Positions 12,193 to 24,652 of a DNA stretch of 64,000 bases are shown here, one piece after another. The first letter of the stretch is position 1; every line of letters starts with the position of its first letter. Both the position numbers and the translations under genes were made by a program. The stretch spans positions 16,678,001 through 16,742,000 of the forward strand of contig OY740792.1 of NCBI GenBank assembly GCA_963514005.1, given 5' to 3'. Origin of the DNA: Raja brachyura (taxonomy: Eukaryota). The notes under the pieces were generated by a model that was not told the DNA's origin, made no database searches, and saw only the letters and a program-made list of their open reading frames with translations.

Positions 12193-14855
12193 CTTCATAC
12201 ATCCAGAAGTACAAAATATAGTGAGACAGGACCAGTGATATGACTAGTGCCAGTGATATTACATTAATGTTCTTTAACCTGCAGTGCAGGAATTGGGTGG
12301 AGGGCAATTATTTTCTGAATTTAGCAATGAAACAGAGTGCATTCAGGGCTTTCGGAAAAATTTATTACGTTCCTGCTCCAGCGGTATTGCGATGGAATGT
12401 AATATCCACTAAAGCCATTTCTTTTGAAGTAGAGACTTAATTGTCATGGCATGAATGAGAACAGAATGTGAATGCAATCCTTTTGTTCCCAAATCTACAG
12501 AAGGCATGACACCAATGTTTAATCAAAGATTTGCAACAAAGAAATTGAAATATTTGGCCCTGTGCACTGAGAGCCCCTGAAGCAGTGACTGTCTAGCTAG
12601 AAAAAATATAGTTATTTAATGACATGAATGCAGCCCTTTGACAATGTCAAATTCTATTTGTTGGGCCAATAAAAATAAACTTATAATGCCCAGTTCATAT
12701 TATAAAGCCACAAAAATGCTTTTTTTTTAGATTAAAGCAGAAAGTTTTGAATTGTTTGAAAGATTTTAATAGAATACTAGGTGAAATATTGTTTTCATTG
12801 TTCAACAAATCAATAAAAAGGTAAGACCAATTCTCATTAACCAAATTGGAAAAGTTGCTATTGCTCAGATGATCATTGTGTGCATTTCAATTATTTTGCA
12901 GCTAATCTGCCACCACGTCAAATTTTGTGATGATTTATAGAATGAGTCAGTTGGCAGTCTGATGGGGGGGTGGTGTAGAATGAGCTTTAATCGAGGGACT
13001 AATTAGCGTAAAAGCAGCCCACTTTAATTTTCCGCTCCTGTTGACCTCACTATCACTTAGTTCTTTTGGTATGAGTTCTGCCTTTCAAACAGTAAAACGA
13101 ATTGGTAAATTGGAATGAAGTGTATCCAGCTGTGCAAACGATTTATCAATTCCACCAGCACAAGCACTATGATTTGATTGGTAATTTTCTGTGGTTTAAA
13201 TTTTACGATTGTATGTACGTATCTGTTTTTGTTTACTTTTACAAGAATTATCGATTATCACTGGAGATCACTCTTATCCAAAAAACAATATTCTTTAAAC
13301 CGAACATAAAGGACACTATATAGACAGGCCAGTTAATATTTGCTGAGTTTTGAGAACATGAAAAATATCACCCATTTCATCACTTGAGGAGAAAAACATT
13401 AACACAAACAATAAAGCAGATGCATACTCTATTGAGTAAATGACTGAACCACAAAATGGCTAGGCTTTTTAGTATGTTCCTATATTGCTGTGTTTCTTTA
13501 AAATAGTATGTTGTTATATCTTGGGGAAGTATGCAGAAATCCTTACTCACCAATCAGAATATTACTATTATCTCTAATAATTTTTTTTAAAATCTTCCTT
13601 TGGAATATAGAATGGAACGACATAACTGCAAGTAATTCACAAAGTAACTGCAACATTGGGAAGCTCCATGCACCACAGAAAGCAAGGGTGAAGTTGTAAG
13701 ACAAGTCATCTCTGGCATCCCCTACTATGAACATTAAACTCTGGCATTCTCTCAGCTGGGCAATATTGTACATCATTAGAATCTAGAAAGGATGTGGAAA
13801 AACATTGAAAGTTCTGCAAAAAGCAACACAAAATGAAATTCAGAGTAAAATATTAGAACTCCAAATAAAATGGAATATTCAAAGACATAAAAAGGGCGCT
13901 GAGAATACTTTGACTGTTCCCATACTGATGTAGACTGAGAAAATGTCTGAAGCCACAAGGCCAAAGTCAAACTTAGCTGGCCACTTTGGGAAATAATGTA
14001 ATACTATGATCCTGACATTAAACAAGAAAATAACACCAGTTAACCTTTATGAACCAGGTGTCCTAAAGTACAGTGAATCTAAACATTATTCCCTCTAAAC
14101 GTTATCCCCTTATCATGTATCTAGACACTGTAAATGGATTGATTATAATCATATATTGTCTTTGTGTTGACTGGTTAGTGCGCAACAAAAAGCTTTTCAC
14201 TGTATCTCGGTACACGTGACAATAAACTAAACTGAACTGAATTGATCTGAGGTTGGCATCACCAGCTCAAATTTGGTTGAATGAAAACTTATTTTCTCCC
14301 ACCTCTTAAGTTGGAGGAAAATTGTATCCACTGCGTTCTACTTGGGGTTGTTTCACTAATAATTTCATTGTCCTTTTATAAATTATACATATTTCTTCAT
14401 GAAAGATGTTGACTTCGCTGTGCGGTTTAATTACTTTAAAATAAAATATTTAATCTTGAATACTGGAAACTTGGTTATTTGCATTACCACAACAAATGGC
14501 ATAGGCTGGGCTCTTAATTGATTGCCTGTAAAAGCTCACCCGGATTCAATGGAATTGAAAGTCCCAGTAGTTAAAATCCGAGTCAATTAACCTCTGTGAA
14601 ATAATTGATCCCATTCAAATGTTAGTTAATTAGCAAATACTCTCGGAACATTTCAGAAGCTGCCAAAGAGAATAGCCACAGCTCGTATGACCTTTCTCGT
14701 CCTTTTGAGGGCACAAAGGAACGATTTTCCTTGGCAATCACTGTGGAAGTCCACCCTGTTAAGTCCCCTTGATATGGGGAAATTCTATCCCTTACAAAAA
14801 TTCAAATAGTTTGGGTAAATCGATCAGAATTTTACCATAACTATTTTCTATTTGA

Positions 14856-15430
14856 CTGGGCAACTTGAATGCCCGAGAGTGAAAAAGACTGCAAAAAGTT
14901 GTGAACATTGCAGTCCATAACCGACTCTGACCTCCCCACCATCGAAAGGATTTACCAGAGTCGCTGCCTCAAAAAGGCAGTCAGAATCATCGTAGACCCA
15001 TACCACCCTGGCCATACACTAATTTCACCCCTGCCATCGGGAAGAAGGTACAGGAGCCTGAAAACGGTAACGTCCAGATTCAGGAAAAGCTTCTTCCCTA
15101 CAGCCATCAAGCTATTAAACACAACATCAAATAAGCTCTGAACTACAGACTATTATTGTTATTATTGCACTACTATGNNNNNNNNNNNNNNNNNNNNNNN
15201 NNNNNNNNNNNNNNNNNNNNNNNNNNNNNNNNNNNNNNNNNNNNNNNNNNNNNNNNNNNNNNNNNNNNNNNNNNNNNNNNNNNNNNNNNNNNNNNNNNNN
15301 NNNNNNNNNNNNNCTTTCTTGTTTATTATATTGTTTACTGTATATAATGTTTACATATTCTGTTGTGCTGCAGCAAGTAAGAAATTGATTGTTCTATCTT
15401 GAACATATGACAATAAAACACTCTTGACAC
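14856..15430 (+). mobile_element. Rex1/Babar-type LINE 3' fragment (contains assembly gap)
   Basis: Translation HPGHTLISPLPSGRRYRSLKTVTSRFRKSFFPTAIKLLN; tail TGACAATAAA. Confidence 0.8.
15178..15313. other. Assembly gap (N run)
   Basis: Run of N. Confidence 1.
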
Positions 15431-16044
15431 TTCTATTCTCCAAAACAGATATCAAGCCTTCTGTCCTCTATGCCAAGAAAGTCTTGGATTCGCAACATTT
15501 TGTAAAATCACATTCATTTCATAGTGGAGTGCTCCACAGATTTAACCATATGAACATGTGTTTGGCCTCCTTATACCCTCAACAGTAATTCTGAATAGAT
15601 TACGTAACTTTAAAAAAGCCCATAGATCAACACTACTTTCATCTAGATTAAACAATTTAGTAGAATTAAAAAGTGGCCATTTTCCATCAGTTAAAATAAC
15701 TTAAACATTTTCTTCAATGAAGTTTGACCTGTTTTACATTTCTAAATGCTAAAGATTCCATAAGTAATCAATTGCTTTAAACATCATCGTCCAGTGTTTC
15801 ATTTGCTGCTTTCTACCTGGCATTGTTTCACAAATAATTCCAGTGTCATTTTACAAAATTTTATAAAATGTTTACAATATCATTAAAATCAATTTAATGG
15901 TGGAAGATTTTGACTGAACAGTACAGTTTGTATTTTATTATAATTATTTACCTTATATATATATAATTATAGGCTGATAATGGGGGGCTCTAATTGACTG
16001 CTTATGCATGGGAAAATTATAGAGATGAGAGTTTAATATTTCAC

Positions 16045-16461
16045 ACCATATAACCATATAACAATTACAGCACAGAAACAGGCCTTCTCGGCCCTTCCAG
16101 TCCGTGCCGACTATTTATTTTCCCCTAGTCCCATCTACCTGCACTCAGACCATACCCCTCCATTCCCTTCCCATCCATATACCTATCCACTTTACTTTTA
16201 AATGTTACAATCGATCCTGCCTCCACCACGTCTGCTGGAAGATCATTCCACACAGCCACCACTCTCTGAGTAAAAAAGTTCCCCCTCATGTTACCCCTAA
16301 ACTTCTGTCCCTTAATTCTCATGTCATGCCCTCTTGTTTGAATCTTCACTACCCTCAATGGGAAAAGCTTATCCACGTCAACTCTGTCTATCCCTTTCAT
16401 CATTTTAAAGACTTCAATCAAGTCCTCCCTTAACCTTCTGCGCTCCAAAGAATAAAGACCT
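16045..16461 (-). mobile_element. CR1 LINE 3' fragment
   Basis: ORF 16125-16448: ERRRLREDLIEVFK...TRGH...FFTQRVVAVWN. Confidence 0.9.
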
Positions 16462-16494
16462 GATAAAACAAAGAGTTTGCAGCGAAGATGAACA

Positions 16495-16822
16495 TGAAAA
16501 CCTTGAGCAACTCTGCGGATCAGACAGCATCTCCGAAGAAATTAAATAGGTGACATTTCAGGACGAGATCCTTCTTCAGACTGAGAGTCACAGGGAAAGG
16601 AAAACAAGAGATATAAATGGTGATATATAGAGATATAGAACAAATGAATTAAAGATATGCACAAATGTAACGATGATAAAGGAGACAGGCCATTGTTAGC
16701 TATTGCCTTGGTGAAAACAAGTAACATACAATGAGACCTCCAGAGATGTTGTCTGACCCGCTGAGTTACTCCAGCTTTTTGTGTCCATCTCCGGTTTAAA
16801 CCAGCATCTGCAGTTCCTTCCT
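16495..16822. mobile_element. Penelope-derived repeat with inverted terminal halves
   Basis: Minus-strand hammerhead-like segment at ~16547-16585 and plus-strand tail at 16740-16822. Confidence 0.55.
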
Positions 16823-17384
16823 AAAGATTTTGCAGCAATAGTATTGTGTGGATTTTTATGTATGCCATTGACATTGCGCTATATTTTCAGAATGTTGATC
16901 TGATAATGTGCAATAATGCCAAAAATTACGATGGACCTTCTGAACGTTTGTTGGCTTATCTCCCTGATCAATGAACAGGGAGCAGGGAACAAATAGAGGA
17001 GAAAGCAGGGCTAGATTATACATCAATGGGAATCAAAGAGTTCATTAAAGGAAGAAAACAGACAGCAAAATGCTCATGCATAATAGTTGCAGAATTAGGC
17101 CAGACAGCCCATGAAGCCGGTTCCACCATTCAATCATGGCTCAATCCTTCTCCTGCCTCCTCCTCATAACCCCTGACACTCATACTAAAAATGTAAACGA
17201 GAACTTTGTAGAGACCATTTTAAGTGCTGAACTATCCAACAATATCTGGTCCAGAATGCACAGGAGTGCTTTTTTTTTTAAAAGACACAATAACACCATA
17301 CAATCATAAACAATCTAAGATTGAAATAATTAAGGCAGACCTTTCGAAAGTCTGGTTGGTAAGAAGTCTAAACATTTTAAAATT

Positions 17385-17866
17385 AGGTGAGGCAGAGGTT
17401 CACCTGCACCTCCTCCAACCTCATCTACTGCATCTGCTGTTCCAGGTATCACTTCGCCCAACACCTCCACTCAGTTCGCAATAACCAATTCCCGGTGGCT
17501 CAGTACTTCAACTCCCCTCCCATTCCGAATCCGACCTTTCTGTCCTGGGCTTCCTCCATTGCCAGAATGAGGCCCAGCACAAATTGGAGGAACAGCACCT
17601 CATATTTCGCTTGGGTAGTTTACACCCCAGCGGTATGAACACTGACTTCTCCAATTTCAGGTAGTCCTTGCTTTCTCCCTCCTTCCCCTCCCCTTCCCAG
17701 CTCTCCCACAAGCCTACTGTCTCCGCCTCTTCCTTTCTTTTTCCCACCCCTCCCCCTCCCCTCCCGACATCAGTCTGCAGAAGTGTCTCGACCCGAAACG
17801 TCGCCTATTCCTTCTCTCCATAGATGCTGCCTCACCCGCTGAGTTTCTCCAGCATTTTTGTCTACC
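17385..17866 (+). mobile_element. Penelope-like element 3' fragment (GIY-YIG region plus terminal repeat)
   Basis: VRQRFTCTSSNLIYCICCSR..FAQHL..PVAQYFN and KLEEQHLIFRLGSLHPSGMN, typical of PLE GIY-YIG endonuclease; followed by a hammerhead-like core at ~17775-17802. Confidence 0.85.
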
Positions 17867-18611
17867 ACCTTATGAGGCAGAGTCATTTGAATCATTTTCA
17901 GATTCATTTCCATACCCTGAGGTAGAAAGAACATACTATCTATCCAATTCTGAGCTCGACTTGCACATTAACTGCAATGCATGCCAATGAATAACATGGT
18001 CAATATGTGGTCAATTTTCTCTCCAGTTAAAATTATGCTTGCGGTTTGGAGCTCTTGAATCCTGGGAGAACACACACATCTACAGTTGGCTGAAATTTAC
18101 TACAAAGCACTGATATCACAGTGAATCTCCTGGTTGACATTTAGGATTAGATAGTTGCAGTTGCTGACATGTTTGGGATCGAACTGTGACTGAACCTTTG
18201 ATTTGCAAATCCAAGCATGCTTATTTTAATTAATGGAATTATTGGTATGTAAAATAAAAATAGGGTAGGTAGACGTAATTCCTTAGAGAGGTTTTTAAGT
18301 GTTTCATAAAATTGCCCGGCATGATTTTTATTCAGAAGCAAGGATTAGGAGTGTTTATAAAATTATTGCTCAGTACGTAATATTCTGTCTATCTTTTCCG
18401 AGGAATGGTTTCAACTGCCACACATCCTATTATTCATTACCTAGATTACAGGTGTAGCATCTGGGTTCTCTCGCTGATGTCCCAGATCCATATGTCATTG
18501 TCCTTAGGTGGAGGTACAACTTGGTGAGCAGGACACCCACTGCATATTTTGGATAAGCTGCTACCTACACAAGCAATCAGAAACCTGGTATGGTGTAAAA
18601 ACCCATTTGCT

Positions 18612-20690
18612 ATTTGGTATTTTTGTTAGGGTTTAATTTCATCATGTCTAACAAGATACAGTGGTAAACCTTGATTTGCGCACTATCCAGGCTAATCATG
18701 CCGTTTACAGATATATCAGCTAGTATAAAAAAGATATAGAAACAGAGTGCAGAATATAGAGTACCAGCTACAGAGGAAGTGCAGATAATGAAAGGGTGGT
18801 TAAAAAAAGTGCAAGGGCCGCAACGAGGTAAATGGGAGATTGGAAATACATCCTTAACATTTGAGAGGTTCAAGATTCTGATAACGGCAGGGAGGAAGCT
18901 GTTCTTGTATCTGATGGTACATGCTTCCAAGCTTTTATATCTCCTGCCTGACAGAAGATGGGAGAGAAGATAATGAAAGGGGTGAGAGTTATCCTTGATT
19001 ACGTTGGTGCTTTCTCAAGGCAGCATGAAGTATAAATGGAGTAATTGAGGGTGGGACGAAGAAGTGGGGAGGCTAATTTGCATGATGGACTGGGCTGCAT
19101 TTCCAGCTCTCTGCAATTTGTTGTAGTCTTGAGCAAAGCAGTTGCTATACCAAGTTGTGATGCATCAAGATAAGATGCATTCTACGTAGAAATTGTTAAG
19201 AGTCGGTGAAAGCATGCTGAATTTCCTTCAACTTTTGCGGAGGTGGAGGGGTTGCTGTGCTTTCTTGGCTATAGCGTTAATGGGGTGGGACCAGGAGAAA
19301 GTGTTGGTGATATTTACAACTAGGTTCTTGAAGCTCTTGGCCATCTTCAATTCAGCACCATTGATACAGATTGGAGTGTGTATTCCAACCTGCTTCACGA
19401 AGTCGATGCAAAGCTCCTTCGAAATTTGCTGAAAATGTAGGAGAGCTTGTTGTTTTAATTCCATGCAGTTCTCTATCTCGTACCTGCACACCATCTCATC
19501 ATTGTTTGAGGTACATCCGACTATGGTGGATTAATCTACGACTTATCAATGAAGTTACATAATGAGTATAATAAGGAGCAGAGAATGCAGCTTTGCAGGA
19601 CATTGGTTTTGAGAATTATCATGGAGGATGTTCTATCAACTATCTTTATTAATTGTAAACTATGGGTCAAGAAATCAAGGATCCTGTACAGAGATGAGAA
19701 CTTATGTCCTTGGTCCAGAAGTTTGGAGATGAGCATGGTTGGAATTATGGTATTGAAGGCAGAGCTATGGTTAATAAATAGGAGTTGGACATAGGTGGTG
19801 TTGTTATCCAAATTGTTCAAGGATGAGGGTTCCAATGTTTTGTAAATCTGTATAGAGCCAGGGAGGTGGCATCTGCCATGGACCTGTGGCCACAGTAGGC
19901 ACATTGCAATGGATCAAGGCTGTGTCGGAAGCTGGAATTGATGTGCTCCATGACCAGTCCTCAAAGCAATTTCTGATGATGGATACTAGGGCCACTATAT
20001 GGTAGTTACGTTTTTTTACGTTGCTTTCTTTTGGCACTGGGATGGTAATGGGGTTCTTTATCCAGGTGGGCACCTCATATTGGACTAGGGAGAGGTTAAA
20101 ATGTCTAAGAATACACCTGCCAGCTAGTCAGTGCAAGTTCTGACATCCGGGCCAGTCACTTTCTGCAGGTGCACACTTAGGAAGGCTGATACGACATCTG
20201 TGACAGTGACCATGGGTACAGTTTCACACAAGGATGTGGGGCAAGTAATGTCATTCCACAACCACCTTCAAAACTAGCACGAAATACATTGAACTCATTG
20301 GGAAAGGTTACATTGTTGTTAGAGATTCACCCAACTCAGCTTTGTAGTGTGTTATAGCTTGCGAGCCTTGCCACAATCAATGGGCATCTGTATGATTAGT
20401 CTGGTTAGCTTGGTTTGGAATCATCTCTTGCCATCCCTGATGCCTTTGCGAAGGTCGTACTTTGTTTTCATGTACTGGAAGTGAACTGACGTGTCCACTT
20501 TTAACTTGGGCTTCAATAGGGAATGGATCTCATGGTTTATCTATGATTTCTGGTTGGGAAACACTCAGATTTACTTCTTTGGCATGCAGTCATCTGCACA
20601 CTAATTAAACCTGTGACGGTAAAGCTTACTCATTCAGGTTGGTAGCTGATTCCTTGGATATGGACCAGTTCACTGACTTTAAGCAGCGAG
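18612..20690 (-). mobile_element. Old degenerate Rex1/Babar-type LINE (RT region to 3' tail)
   Basis: Fragments ITIPVPK, YVQLLFINHSSAFNTIIP, KKAQQPLHLRK and RYKNSFLPAVIRILN. Confidence 0.8.
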
Positions 20691-20869
20691 CGGAGCGGAG
20701 AGGAGAGGCGTGCGGCAGAGATTGCAAACAGGCGGGTTGCCAGCTGTCCGAGTTTACCTGCAGATCTTACTTGAATTAGAGAAGCAGAAATGACAAGTTG
20801 GAATTGCTAAAGACCTCTAGAGTGCATAGCCAGAAGTTTTCAATGTCATTGGGTTGACAGTGTGGCTAA

Positions 20870-21450
20870 GCATTGATTCTGGACCTTCTGGCTGGTGAGG
20901 CCAGGCGGCGAGGCCTGTCTGGGCCGAAGGAGCCTCCATGGTGGCGGCCGTGGGAACCTCGGCGGTAGCAGCGAGGGCTCAGCGGCGGCAGCGGATGCCT
21001 CAGCGGCAGTGAGAAACTCGGCAATGGCAATGTGGGCTTCATTGGCAATGTGGGCCTCGGCAGCGGCGGGAGCCTCAGTGGCAGTGGGGCCTCGCAGTCG
21101 TTGAACGTGAGGGGGGAGGGGAAGACATTGGTGGATCTAGCATGAGGGGACCGCGTGAAGAACAATGGGGACCCGCTGTGTGGGGACCGCCGCGAGGCAT
21201 GGTGGCAGAACAAAAGGGGACCCGGTGTTGGGGAGGCACTCTAGAATCCTCTGCCCAGGGGATAAGTCTGTGTTTGTTTGTTTGTTTGTTCATTTGTCCC
21301 GGTGAAGGTGCTGTGCACATGCAGTCAGCCAACAGTTGCTTATGTTTTTTTTTTGTTTTCACTTTTAATTTCAAGTTTGTGTACCTTGTGTGTTGTGACT
21401 GTCGGCAGCCCACTTTCCCTCCAGGGTTGAATATCGTTTATCGTATTATA
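20870..21450 (+). mobile_element. GC-rich non-coding interspersed element with Rex-like 3' tail
   Basis: Short GC tandem repeats, then a tail TTTCCCTCCAGGGTTGAATATCGTTTATCGT; boundaries approximate. Confidence 0.45.
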
Positions 21451-21472
21451 TTAGCTCATCTGTTTCTTTTGA

Positions 21473-22057
21473 CTTGCACCGGAACGACCTGGGAGCTCCA
21501 GTCGCGGAGCCTGCGGAGCTGTGGACTTACCATCGTGGGGCTGGCCGGCCTCGGAGCATGGGGAGCGGTGGCGGCTCGCTGCTGTGGCCCGACCCCGGAG
21601 CTCGGAGGCTCCAGCTGCAGCTGCAGGATCGGTGGACTGTGATATCAGGAGCTCGCGGGTCTGGGTGGGAGATCACTTTTTGGAGCTCCCGCATCGCAAC
21701 TTCTCCAGCCCGTGTCGCGGAGTTGGAACGACCCGGAGCGAGGCCGTACATCTTTGTGACTTTGTGACTTTTGGGCCTGGAGCGGGGCCGTACATCGCCC
21801 GGCGCGGCCTTGAATGGCCGTGGGACTTACCATCGCCCGCCTGGGGCTTCGACATCGGGAGAGAAATGGTGCAGGGGAGAGAAAAGACTTTGCCTTCAAT
21901 CACGGTGAGGAGGAGATTCACTGTGATGGATGTTTGTGGAAATTGAATTGTTTGTTTTGTAGGAATTGTCTGTTTGTATGGCTGTGGAAACTGAGTTTCG
22001 TTTGAGCCTCACTGAGGTTCAAATGACATGGAATAAAATATTGTATATTGTATTGTA
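21473..22057 (+). mobile_element. GC-rich non-autonomous retroelement-like repeat, copy 1
   Basis: Aligns with 60053-60640; two 3' hairpins, AATAAA and (TATTG)n tail. Confidence 0.7.
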
Positions 22058-23344
22058 ACACAGGGCAGAATTTCATTCTTCGCTACCATCTCCAAGATAG
22101 TCACAATCTTCTTACACACCATACCAAGCATAATACTTTGTGAACCAAAAACCTTCAACTGCATCCTTTCATGTTTTAGACCACACATGAACTGGATAGC
22201 AATCTGTAGCAGGGATTTTCTTTCCAGTATCTCTTCCTCATCATTTGACCATGACAGATTTTTCTAACCATGACCAGATTTATTTTATTCAGCAAATATC
22301 CTTCACTGCATGGATGATTTTTTTTTTTTATCACTTCATGGTCAACTCAATTTTTTTGTACTAAATGTATAGGTTCTGATTTCAGCTTGTACTGTTCAAG
22401 TTAATTAGTGAAAGTTATGATTTAACTTGTCTCAAAGTACTGAAATTTCTAAATGCTAAAATTTATTATAATTATAATTATAAAAAATATCACGATTTTA
22501 GCACTCAGGTGCAAATTAAAATCAATTTTATATAGACAGGTCTCCGTTTACTCAATTTGAGTAATGGATTGTGCCGTATAACACACATCAGGAGGGATTG
22601 GAGAATGAGGGAGTTGACTAATTTTCTTCCAACCAGCCCTATTGAATGTACTAAAATGATAGGTACCCAAATGTTCTTGTGCATACTAATGTGAACACTA
22701 GATGGTCATCGCATGGGGCCTCAAAATATATTTTCAGTTGTGTGCTCCCCACTGCAAAGTGAGTTGCATCTTTGCTGCCCAGGTCCGAGGCTAGATGTGG
22801 AGATTTACGTAAATGAGCGAGCCAGGATATTGGAAAGATGCTAAAGATGCTAAAGATCCCTCTCTCAGTTCTTCTCTGCCTATACAAAATGATACATTGA
22901 TATTTCTCAGTCCACAAAGAGCAGAGTTGTGCTCTCTCATATAACCTGTGACAGCCTGGAAAGTTCCAGTACTGTGTACCGGGAAATTGGTACTGAGATC
23001 CTACTTGCATTAGATAATACACTGTTGGCTGTGCTGCAGGCACAGAGTACTCTTTCCATAAGGCCAGAAATCTCTGAGGCACCCTACTTAGTAAAGTTTA
23101 ACCAGTTTATGTGCTGTTGTCAGATTCGGTTAATATAGGAGTCTTGACCCTTGGAGAACTGGGGTCATCCACCACAACCAAAACCTTTTGCCCATCCCAA
23201 TCACGGTTTCACAATTCGCAACTCTTTAATGTTTTTGTCTCACACAGGGGCGGAAATCCCGGGGTCGAGTGTGTTCCATGTTTTGAGAGGTGGGGGACAA
23301 TCCCCCCCCCATGTTTTGTGTCGAGGCCATCAAGGCTCTCAACG

Positions 23345-23672
23345 ATGGGCGATGGTAGGTCCCGCGGCCGATTTTAAGCCGCGCCGGGCGATGAAAGGTC
23401 CTGTGAATGGGCCAATTCAAGCCCCACGATTTGGGGTGGAGGAAGCTGCTGTTGTTGCTGGAGCTCCCAAAAGTCCGTCACCAACCAGGGACCCGCGAGC
23501 TCCCGATGTTACCGCCCACAGGGCCCGCGGCCGAAGCCTCCGAAGTCGAGTCACTGCCACAACGCCACCACAGCCTCCAAAGTCAGCCAGCTCCGTGATG
23601 GTAAGTCCACAGGCTCTGCGACTGGAGTCCTCAAGGTCGATTCCAGTTGGAGGCCACCAGCTCCTCGATGTT
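23345..23672 (-). mobile_element. Related GC-rich repeat, internal fragment
   Basis: Reverse complement contains CATCGCCCGGCGCGGCTT and GGACTTACCATC motifs shared with the 21473 and 60053 copies. Confidence 0.6.
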
Positions 23673-23914
23673 ATGCCTCAGCGCAATTATATATCAATTT
23701 TAATTTACACCACTTTTGGCCTTCTTTCACTGTCTCTCAAAACTTCCCCAGGCCCCAGGATCGTTATAGTAAGATACGTGTAAGATGTATGTAAGGTGTG
23801 TGTGTGTGTCTGTGTGTGTAGGGGGGGGGGGGGGGGGAGGAGATAAAAGGAGGGTGGGAAATTGTGTCGGCCCCCATGTTTTAAAAGCGATGTCCGCCCA
23901 TGGGTTTTAATCTC

Positions 23915-24155
23915 TGGCACCTGTGTCAAACATCTGCCTATCAACTACCTCCCCCCACCTTGACTGTGTCTGCCTTGCTTTGACCTCTCTCTTCTCTCGC
24001 CCAACTTTCTTTCCCCTCCTCCCTACAATCAGTCTAAAGAAGGGTCCCAACCCGAAAAGTCACCTATCCACGGTCTCCAGAGATGTTGTCTGACATGCTG
24101 AGTTACTCTAGCACTTTGTGTCCTTTTTTGTCAACCAGTATCTGTATTTCCATGT
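23915..24155 (+). mobile_element. Penelope-derived repeat
   Basis: TCAGTCTAAAGAAGGGTCCCAACCCGAAAAGTCACC plus the family tail. Confidence 0.6.
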
Positions 24156-24261
24156 TCCTCCAATCTTCATACCTTTTTGTCTCTTTCTACTGCTGATACT
24201 CGTTACCTCATTTAGTCTTCCCATTTTTCCTCACGAGATCAATACATATCCCTTCCATCGA

Positions 24262-24652
24262 GGGGATCTATCGCAGTCGCTGCCGCAAAAAGGCTGGCAG
24301 TATCATCAAGGACCTACACCATCCTGGCCACACACTCATCTCCCTGCTACCTTCAGGTAGAAGGTCGGGGAGCCTGAAGACTGCAAAGACCAGGTTCAGG
24401 AATAGCTACTTCCCCACAGCCATCAGGCTATTAAACTTGGCTCGGACAAAACTATGAACATTAATAGCCCATTATCTGTTATTTGCACTTTATCCGTTTA
24501 TTTATTCATGTGTGTATATATATATATAATGATATATGGACACACTGATCTGTTTTGTAGTCAATGCCTACTATGTTCTGTTGTGCTGAAGCAAAGCAAG
24601 AATTTCATTGTCCTATCAGGGACACATGACAATAAACTCACTTGAACTTGAA
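24262..24652 (+). mobile_element. Rex1-type LINE 3' end
   Basis: Similar to 14940-15120; tail AATTTCATTGTCCTATCAGGGACACATGACAATAAA then (CTTGAA). Confidence 0.8.

Noticed and set aside
18441-18564. AG/GT-bounded 124-nt minus-strand segment as a candidate exon
   Set aside because: A phase-1 join to the 42849 exon reaches a stop before the donor; the open frame resembles no protein I recognise
20866-22005. Many overlapping ORFs in GC-rich repeats (also 23111-23783, 26843-28006 and 60021-60523)
   Set aside because: Stop-poor GC-rich repeat sequence is open in several frames and not conserved as protein between copies
22651-23082. 143-aa minus-strand ORF as the next exon of the minus-strand gene
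   Set aside because: No recognisable motif; entering in phase 1 at the nearby AG hits a stop within ~25 codons
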